Shown here piece by piece: positions 57,104-64,000 of a DNA stretch of 64,000 nucleotides (the first letter of the stretch is position 1; each line of letters starts with the position of its first letter). The translations under genes and the position numbers were made by a program. Origin of the DNA: an uncultured Clostridia bacterium. GTDB taxonomy: Bacteria > Bacillota > Clostridia > Christensenellales > UBA3700. Location: positions 9,010 to 73,009 of the forward strand of contig CAMQWP010000004.1 of assembly GCA_947038565.1 (NCBI GenBank). The letters run 5' to 3'. Below the pieces are notes generated by a model that was not told where the DNA came from, made no database searches, and worked only from the letters and a program-made list of their open reading frames with translations.

Positions 57104-60100
57104 CTAATTAAATCTGATGCACATTAATTCAAATGGATTAAAAGATATACAACCATCAACATCACTAATCTTATCCTCCATGATATCTACTACACTAACA
57201 TCAGTCATACCACTCATCTTAACATTTAACTTTTGTTTAGTATCACTTGAGTTATATAGTCTTACAATACTACCCCCGCAGTCAGCTTTTTTCACAGCCT
57301 CTAATACAATATTTTTATTATCTATATCAATATTATGCTGTATTAAATCTTCCTCACCTTCCACTTCAATAATTGGATTATTTAGCAAATAAGCATACTT
57401 GTAAGTATCCATTCCTAACTTACCTTCATGAGTGAATATTGCATATTTGAATTCACTGTTCCCTTGGTCGATATTTTTACCTGGCCCACCTTTCGGGTTA
57501 CGGATTATGCACATATCCATTTTACTGCCCTTGCATGCAAATCCATATTTACTATCATTTATTATTGATATGCCTGATAGCTCATCTGACATGTCTATGA
57601 ACTTTTGTCCTGACACTTCGAACTGTGCTTGTTCAGTTTTTGTCAGTTCAGTAGTAGATCTTTTAAAATGACCAAACTGTGTATTAAAACTACAGACTTC
57701 TGACTTCATACTTGTGTCAAAAGAAAGTCTTAACATTTGCTCCTGTCCTGCAAACTTTACGCTAACTTTTGCAGTAGCCATACTACTATCATCAGTTATT
57801 GTAATGCATTGTTTTACTACTGTATTATCTATCATAAAAGTCATAGTTGCTACAGCGGTAGGCCCATCCGAATGCGATGTGAAACTTGTACAATTAAGCG
57901 ACTTTTTATTCTTTTTATAATTACTCTTTATATCCCAACAATCCCCTTTATCAGCATACATAATAAATTCACTCATACATGCATTTTTAGATACGAATTC
58001 TTTGTTTAATTTCTTATCAAAATAACTTACAATATTACCATTGCGGAATATTATTTTTACACTATTATTTTCTATAAAATCTTTACCTGCTACTGCATAA
58101 AAATCATTAATAATCACCGCATTTTTCGCATCTACACTTGTTAATGCCTTAGCGTAAAGAGATAACCACGCACCATTTGATTTAAACACATGTTGATAGT
58201 CATATGAGTTAGTATTTAAAAATCCATTTCCATCACAAGTTTTTGCGGTTAAAGCTTGTACTGCTTTGTCTATTTCTTTGAGCAATATTTCATACCTAGG
58301 CACGCACTCGTCGTACACTCTATTTATAGAAGAACCTGGCAAAATATCATGAAATTGATATAGCAATATTTCTTTCCAAATTTCTTCAAGTCTAGCATTA
58401 TTTATTGGCATTTTTTCTTCATCATAACCAAGCATTGATATTAACAATTCGTAGTTTCTAAGAGAAAATTCGCACTTTCTATTATACCATTTATTTAACA
58501 CTCTAGAAGTGTAAGTTCCCTGATGTTTTTCTAGGTATAGCTCACCTTTATATGTACTAAACATATCTTTATCTTTTTCTAAATCGTCGAAGAAATTAAC
58601 TGCTTTCTCTATCTTCACGCTAGGCAATGGTTTTATATCCTCAAGACGTGTAGCTCGCTCTAAATGTTCAAATCCTGGACCCGCTCCACCGTCACCTATT
58701 CCAGCTAACATCATTGCCTTTCTACACTTATCAGCTTCCTGATAATTCTTAACTCCGAACACCATCTTATCCGCTCTACATGGGCTATTGTAAGTACTTT
58801 CTGGTAGCATATGTGCAAACACTGTACTTCCATCAAGACCCTCCCAATTAAATGTGTGATAAGGGAATTTAGTTACAGCATTCCAACTCATTTTTTGAGT
58901 TAAGAAATACGGTACATTCGCAAGTTTCATTACTTGAGGAAGACATGGAGAATATCCGAAACTATCAGGCAGCCACAGTATTTTCATATCCTCACCAAAC
59001 TCGTTTTGGAAATACTTCTTACCATAATAGAACTGACGAACTAAACTCTCACCACCTATTAAATTAGAGTCCATTTCTACCCATGTAGCACCTTGCACTT
59101 CCCATCTTCCCTGCTTGATGTACTCACTCATTCTACCATATACTTCAGGGTTATCTCTCTTTACCCAGTCATATAACTGAGCTTGAGATGCACCAAACTT
59201 ATATGTCGGGAACTTATCTAAGTTCATGAGCTGATTAGAAAAAGTCCTAATTCCTTTTCTATAACTCTCTCTAATTGGCCATAACCATGCTAGATCAAGA
59301 TGCGCATGTCCTATCATACTATAAGTAAATTTATTATCATCGTTAGCATTTTTAAATAGGCTAGCTATCTCCGAACGCATTAACTTAGCTGACGATTCGT
59401 CTATCCCATTTTTTGACATTGTACGTACTTTCATAAGCCCTTGCATTATGCTTTTTGCAGTCTGATTATCAGCGTAATTATATGCTGATATTAATACGTC
59501 TACATCATATGCAAGTCCTCTTATTTCAGTATTTTGAATCACTACATCCATTTGACATACTTTCGCTTGATCGTGGAAATATCCAAACAAATCATTACCC
59601 GCAAGGTCAATCCAAAAGTCTACTTTATCACCATGTATTAAACCTTCGCTTAATACTATTTTTTTCTCGGGACGACCTAGCTGATAGTCATAATCAGACG
59701 CGTAGCAAGTTATTGCTTGCTTTGCCGATCCATTACTATCCACTACTAAACCTTCTCCGCCCATGTCGATTAGAAAAGCGATTTTATTAGTGTCAACTTT
59801 GTGCTTTGACAATTCTGCTGTCATGTTTACCCACATACAGTCAAATACTTCATCCGCCCAAACAGTACCAACCGATACTGACTTTTCTAGTCCATCAAGT
59901 TTATTTTCAAAAGCTAAAGGTTCTTTTGACCATCTACCTATAGCATCAAGTGTTGTGACATAAGTAAATGATTTTTCATGCAATTGCTTTGCAAATTTTT
60001 GCATGCTAGCAGATTTCGCAGCATGACCTAGTCTATTACTTTTCTTAGAAACAAAATTCGCATGAGTGCATTTTATTTTATCTAAAAGATCGCCCTCTAT

Positions 60101-60124
60101 TGCCATTTTTAATTTATAATTCAT
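57104..60124 (-). CDS. alpha-mannosidase, GH38
   Basis: GHAHLDLAWLWP metal-site motif, about 1000 aa, no signal peptide. Start set at ATG 60124 (GGGGGA 10 nt upstream); the ORF-track start at 60133 is a TTG. Confidence 0.9.
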   Translation of the reverse strand: MNYKLKMAIEGDLLDKIKCTHANFVSKKSNRLGHAAKSASMQKFAKQLHEKSFTYVTTLDAIGRWSKEPLAFENKLDGLEKSVSVGTVWADEVFDCMWVNMTAELSKHKVDTNKIAFLIDMGGEGLVVDSNGSAKQAITCYASDYDYQLGRPEKKIVLSEGLIHGDKVDFWIDLAGNDLFGYFHDQAKVCQMDVVIQNTEIRGLAYDVDVLISAYNYADNQTAKSIMQGLMKVRTMSKNGIDESSAKLMRSEIASLFKNANDDNKFTYSMIGHAHLDLAWLWPIRESYRKGIRTFSNQLMNLDKFPTYKFGASQAQLYDWVKRDNPEVYGRMSEYIKQGRWEVQGATWVEMDSNLIGGESLVRQFYYGKKYFQNEFGEDMKILWLPDSFGYSPCLPQVMKLANVPYFLTQKMSWNAVTKFPYHTFNWEGLDGSTVFAHMLPESTYNSPCRADKMVFGVKNYQEADKCRKAMMLAGIGDGGAGPGFEHLERATRLEDIKPLPSVKIEKAVNFFDDLEKDKDMFSTYKGELYLEKHQGTYTSRVLNKWYNRKCEFSLRNYELLISMLGYDEEKMPINNARLEEIWKEILLYQFHDILPGSSINRVYDECVPRYEILLKEIDKAVQALTAKTCDGNGFLNTNSYDYQHVFKSNGAWLSLYAKALTSVDAKNAVIINDFYAVAGKDFIENNSVKIIFRNGNIVSYFDKKLNKEFVSKNACMSEFIMYADKGDCWDIKSNYKKNKKSLNCTSFTSHSDGPTAVATMTFMIDNTVVKQCITITDDSSMATAKVSVKFAGQEQMLRLSFDTSMKSEVCSFNTQFGHFKRSTTELTKTEQAQFEVSGQKFIDMSDELSGISIINDSKYGFACKGSKMDMCIIRNPKGGPGKNIDQGNSEFKYAIFTHEGKLGMDTYKYAYLLNNPIIEVEGEEDLIQHNIDIDNKNIVLEAVKKADCGGSIVRLYNSSDTKQKLNVKMSGMTDVSVVDIMEDKISDVDGCISFNPFELMCIRFN

Positions 60125-60149
60125 TATATCCAATCCCCCTTCAAGAAAG

Positions 60150-62258
60150 TCAATTCGAGTTATTAATCAATATTTCCTCGTCAATGACGGTCATTAAACA
60201 CTCGCTGTATTTTGGCTGACCTCCACCAATATAGACGCCATATTCACCCTTTACTACGACTTGATGACCTTCCGTATTAAATCCAAGCAATTGCTCTTTC
60301 TTTATAGAAATTGAAACTTTTGCACGCTCCCCAACTTTTATTGCAACTCTTTTTGTAGCTAGTAGTTTGATTTTAGGTTGTGTTTTATCACCTTTATAGT
60401 CCATATATACTTGTACTACATCGTCACCATCTATATCCCCAGTATTCGTTACAGTAGTATTAATTATTACGCTATCGTCATTTACGTCTACTGTCATATC
60501 TTTATAATCGAATGATGTGTAAGATAAACCATATCCGAATGGATAAGCTGGCTTTCCTTCAAAATATCTATACGTTCTATTTGTCATCGAGTAATCGTAA
60601 AAATCACCTAGATCTTTATCGTCAGCATAGAATGTTAAAGGCAATTTTCCAGATGGATTTACTTCTCCAAAAAGTATTCTCGCTATTGCTTCTCCGCCCT
60701 TTGCACCAGGATACCACACCTGAACTATTGCCGATACATGATTTTCTATAGGAGCAAAACTAACTGCACCGCCCGAGAAATTGACTACTATGACCTTCTT
60801 GCCCGACTTTGCTAGATCATCTATAAATTGTGTTTGTATGTTTGGCAGTGCAATACTTTCTCTATCGCCTTGCTTACCTACAATACCTTCAGCTCCAGCT
60901 CCAGCATCACCAGCCTCACCTTCTAGAGAGCTGTCAAGTCCCGTTGCAACTATTACATAGTCACATGAACTAGCTTTTTCTAGTGCATTAATATACTCAG
61001 TTTTTCCGCCCTTTTTAGTTAACCCCGCAAGACCAAACCCCTCTGCATATACTATATTATCTTTAGCCCTTCGAGCTACTCCGTCAAAAAGCGTTTCAAA
61101 ACTTGAAGGAGTGCCAAAATAATTACCAAGATACGCAAGCTCATTTGTTGCATTATGTCCAAACAAACCGATCTTAACGTCCTTATCAGTTATAGGCAAA
61201 ACACCGTCGTTCTTTAATAGTACTATACTTTTACTCGCTACATCAATCGCATAATCTTCATGTTCTTTTTTACAATTCTCACTGTAAGGTATTTTATTAT
61301 ATTTACAGTCATCGTCGAACATGCCCATTTTAATTTTAGCAGATAGCAACCTAGAAAGTGCCTTGTCGATAGTTGACTCCGATACATATCCTCTCTTAAC
61401 TGCTATAGGTAGGATAGCATAAAACTGTCCACACTCTAAGTCAAGACCATTATTTATAGCAAGTGCAACTGCCTTTAGCGGATTATAAGTGACTTTATGC
61501 TTAAGCATTATGTCAAACAGCCCACCACAATCACTTACCACATGCCCTTCAAAACCCCACTCACCTCGAAGTGTATCCACAAGCAACGATTTACTCGCAC
61601 AGCAAGATTCGCCATTCACCATATTATATGCGGTCATTATCGCCTCAACATCAGCATCAATTACACTACTTTTGAAAGCGTACAGGTAAGTTTCCGCTAG
61701 ATCCTTTTTACTGACCGACACATCAATAGAGTGTCGCTCCGACTCTGGCCCGCTATGAACTGCAAAATGTTTACTGCATGCACATGTCTTTAAGAATTTT
61801 TCGTCATCACCCTGTAGCCCCTTTATAAATGCGACACCTAGTTTGCTTGTAAGCACTGGACACTCGCCATAGCTCTCATGACCTCTACCCCAACGCGGAT
61901 CGCGGTAAATATTGATATTAGGCGACCAGAAGTTAAGTCCTTGATACATTTTCCTGCTACGTTGACGTATAAACTCGTGATGTTTTGCTCTAGCCTCAGT
62001 AGAGATAATATCTCCTACACGAAACAGTATTTCATCACTAAAAGTTGCCGCCATGGCTATTGCTTGTGGGAATACTGTAGCAAGCCCCGCACGAGCTACG
62101 CCGTGTAGACATTCATTCCACCAATTATACTCATGGATACCATGCTTAGGCAAGGCTTTAGAATGATTACGCAACTGGCTTACTTTCTCAGTTAGGGTCA
62201 TACTATTAACCATCTCCATAGCACGAAGATTATAATTTTGTTTAATCTCTTTATTCAT
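60150..62258 (-). CDS. GH3 beta-glucosidase/beta-xylosidase-type exo-glycosidase (with Fn3-like C-terminal domain)
   Basis: KHFA.HSGPE and SDCGG (nucleophile region) motifs. Start is ATG 62258, after GGAGGTG. Confidence 0.88.
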   Translation of the reverse strand: MNKEIKQNYNLRAMEMVNSMTLTEKVSQLRNHSKALPKHGIHEYNWWNECLHGVARAGLATVFPQAIAMAATFSDEILFRVGDIISTEARAKHHEFIRQRSRKMYQGLNFWSPNINIYRDPRWGRGHESYGECPVLTSKLGVAFIKGLQGDDEKFLKTCACSKHFAVHSGPESERHSIDVSVSKKDLAETYLYAFKSSVIDADVEAIMTAYNMVNGESCCASKSLLVDTLRGEWGFEGHVVSDCGGLFDIMLKHKVTYNPLKAVALAINNGLDLECGQFYAILPIAVKRGYVSESTIDKALSRLLSAKIKMGMFDDDCKYNKIPYSENCKKEHEDYAIDVASKSIVLLKNDGVLPITDKDVKIGLFGHNATNELAYLGNYFGTPSSFETLFDGVARRAKDNIVYAEGFGLAGLTKKGGKTEYINALEKASSCDYVIVATGLDSSLEGEAGDAGAGAEGIVGKQGDRESIALPNIQTQFIDDLAKSGKKVIVVNFSGGAVSFAPIENHVSAIVQVWYPGAKGGEAIARILFGEVNPSGKLPLTFYADDKDLGDFYDYSMTNRTYRYFEGKPAYPFGYGLSYTSFDYKDMTVDVNDDSVIINTTVTNTGDIDGDDVVQVYMDYKGDKTQPKIKLLATKRVAIKVGERAKVSISIKKEQLLGFNTEGHQVVVKGEYGVYIGGGQPKYSECLMTVIDEEILINNSN

Positions 62259-62607
62259 AATATCCACCTCCATCATCTCATACAACATCGCATATCAATT
62301 ATTATGCAATATTTATGTTATCATTTTAATTTTACACTATTACTCTTACTATTACAAGTATATAATTCTATTTATATAGACAAAATGTATGATATTTGTA
62401 ATTATAATCATCAACATCACTTTGAAGTATCGCTATTATATTTAATTATAACATTAAAATGTATATAATTATAATATTATAGCAAATAGACTATAAAGTT
62501 ATCAATAAACGATCGAATTATCAGTCGCATATATAATATTAATAGTTTTACGGCTATTATTTACTGGACAAAAAAACCCATTTCCACACTATTCTAGCAA
62601 CTTATAA

Positions 62608-62645
62608 AGCAAAATAACTGCTTGGGATTATTCCCAAACAGTTAC
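62608..62645 (-). terminator. rho-independent terminator after the GH95 gene
   Basis: AACTGTTTGGGA-ata-ATCCCAAGCAGTT followed by ATTTTGCTTT on the minus strand. Confidence 0.6.
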
Positions 62646-62652
62646 TTTTTAT

Positions 62653-64000
62653 CTAGTCAACTAGCTTATATATTTCCTCATATGCGGTAGTAATTTCTTC
62701 AATTTTTCCATTTATTTTAACCGTCGCAACCTGCTTAGTTTTGTGAGTTATAGAGCATGAAGTCACCTCGCAATTCACCCAACTGAAACTTACTTTAAAT
62801 CCACCTCTAGCTATCAAACCATGCACTTCACCCGTACTCCATTGACTAGGTAATGCTGGTAATAACTCGATAAAACCATCATGGCTTTGCATCAGCATCT
62901 CAATAATTGCTGAACATACTCCCATGTTACCATCTATCTGGAATGGTGGGTGCGCGCATAACATTGATCCATACGTACCACCACCGCCAATACTGATATT
63001 ATTGCCTGCTTTTACAAATGTTAATTGTTTCATAATCGCATTATAAGCGTTTTGACCATCATGAAGTCTAGCAAAAACATTTGATTTCCAGGCAATAGAC
63101 CAACCAGTGCCTTCAATTCCACGTTTATTAAGTGATAACGCAGTTGCACGCATAAGATCAGGAGTCTTAGTTTCAGTCCATTCACTAGAAGGGAATGCAC
63201 CATAAAGATGAGATATATGTCTATGCTTAGCGTTTATTTCCATATAATCGTCATGCCACTCCATGACCCTTCCGCTCTTACTCACTTGAACTTGTTTTAA
63301 GCTGTCAAGTGCTGATGATATTCTACAGATAACACCTTCACTATCCTCATATTTTATAATATTACTGATGTTTATAACACTTTTGAAAAGCTCTCTAATT
63401 ATCGTTATATCCATAGTACTAGCCTTGCTCAAACTGCAAAAACCATATTTGAAATATTTGTTTTCAGGGGAGGCTGACGGGTTACACACAAGTGTTCCGT
63501 CCTCACTATCCGCAGTAAGATAATCCAAATAGAATTTTGCACTTTCAATTAATACGACAAAATGATTTTCTATAAATTCTTTGTCTTCTGTAAATAAATA
63601 ATGCTCGTAGATATGTCTACACAGCCACCCTGCCGATCCTATACATAATCCAAAACTAACACTATTATTCTTCGCATGGACACCTACTGGACTACTTGAA
63701 CCCCAACCATCAGAGTTATGACCACATACCCATCCCGACATGTTAAACGTATCTTTAGCAGTCTTTTTTCCATTTTCATATATACGCTTTATTAAATCAA
63801 TCATAGGCATATGACACTTATCTAGTCCTACTAGAAGTGTTGGCCAATAATTCATTTGTGTATTAATATTTGTTGTATAATTACTCGACCATGGTGCTCT
63901 AAGCATATTATTCCATATACCTTGCAAATTTGAAGCATATGTACCTTCTCTAGAGCTAGCAATAGTAAGATAGCGACCCATATTGAATGCTAATGTTACC
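62653..64000 (-). CDS. GH95 alpha-L-fucosidase (partial; N-terminus lies beyond the right window edge)
   Basis: LQGIWN....PWSS.YT.NIN.QMNYWP is a GH95 signature. The reading frame stays open to position 64000. Confidence 0.85.
   Translation of the reverse strand, partial: VTLAFNMGRYLTIASSREGTYASNLQGIWNNMLRAPWSSNYTTNINTQMNYWPTLLVGLDKCHMPMIDLIKRIYENGKKTAKDTFNMSGWVCGHNSDGWGSSSPVGVHAKNNSVSFGLCIGSAGWLCRHIYEHYLFTEDKEFIENHFVVLIESAKFYLDYLTADSEDGTLVCNPSASPENKYFKYGFCSLSKASTMDITIIRELFKSVINISNIIKYEDSEGVICRISSALDSLKQVQVSKSGRVMEWHDDYMEINAKHRHISHLYGAFPSSEWTETKTPDLMRATALSLNKRGIEGTGWSIAWKSNVFARLHDGQNAYNAIMKQLTFVKAGNNISIGGGGTYGSMLCAHPPFQIDGNMGVCSAIIEMLMQSHDGFIELLPALPSQWSTGEVHGLIARGGFKVSFSWVNCEVTSCSITHKTKQVATVKINGKIEEITTAYEEIYKLVD

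Noticed and set aside
1-64000. Search for CRISPR arrays, rRNA or tRNA genes, IS elements or integrases, toxin-antitoxin pairs and known defence-system genes.
   Set aside because: I saw no regularly spaced direct repeats. I recognised no transposase, recombinase, nuclease or helicase cassette in any ORF. All large ORFs are accounted for by metabolic, housekeeping, glycosidase or agr functions.

Overview
AT-rich (about two-thirds A+T by eye, not computed) chromosomal window from a low-GC, spore-forming Firmicutes/Clostridia-like bacterium. It is densely coding, mostly on the minus strand. I found no rRNA, tRNA, CRISPR array, transposase or integrase.

Layout, left to right:
- (1) prs (partial), DUF1846, and the spore genes sleB-ypeB and spoIIR.
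- (2) A SulP anion transporter.
- (3) A pyrimidine operon, pyrB-pyrC-pyrF-carB-pyrK-pyrD, with a leader terminator/attenuator. It has no carA, pyrE or pyrR.
- (4) asnS, a membrane protein, a cyclophilin and a Dabb protein.
- (5) rnj, then translationally coupled trmR-like O-methyltransferase, U32 peptidase (TrhP-like) and a GT28-like glycosyltransferase.
- (6) The B. subtilis-like block yaaO-like decarboxylase-tmk-holB-ricT-trmN6-like.
- (7) uppP, a small membrane protein and an Eis-like GNAT.
- (8) nadA-nadB-nadC.
- (9) DUF134, a flavoprotein and two orphan proteins.
- (10) A cytoplasmic glycan-trimming island: GH2 beta-galactosidase, two GH29 fucosidases, partial GH95, GH38 mannosidase, GH3, xylAB, an ALDH and a TetR regulator.

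The island is interrupted at about 48.6-53.9 kb by an especially AT-rich accessory segment. That segment carries an agr-type quorum-sensing cassette in the order agrA-agrC-agrB, followed by a 48-codon AgrD-like precursor gene (50986-51132, minus strand). This gene falls below the 60-aa cutoff of the ORF track and is the most interesting item here. Next to it are orphan small or membrane proteins that may be its cargo.

All functional calls rest on my recognition of family motifs in the supplied translations and on my own reading of the DNA. No database search was run.
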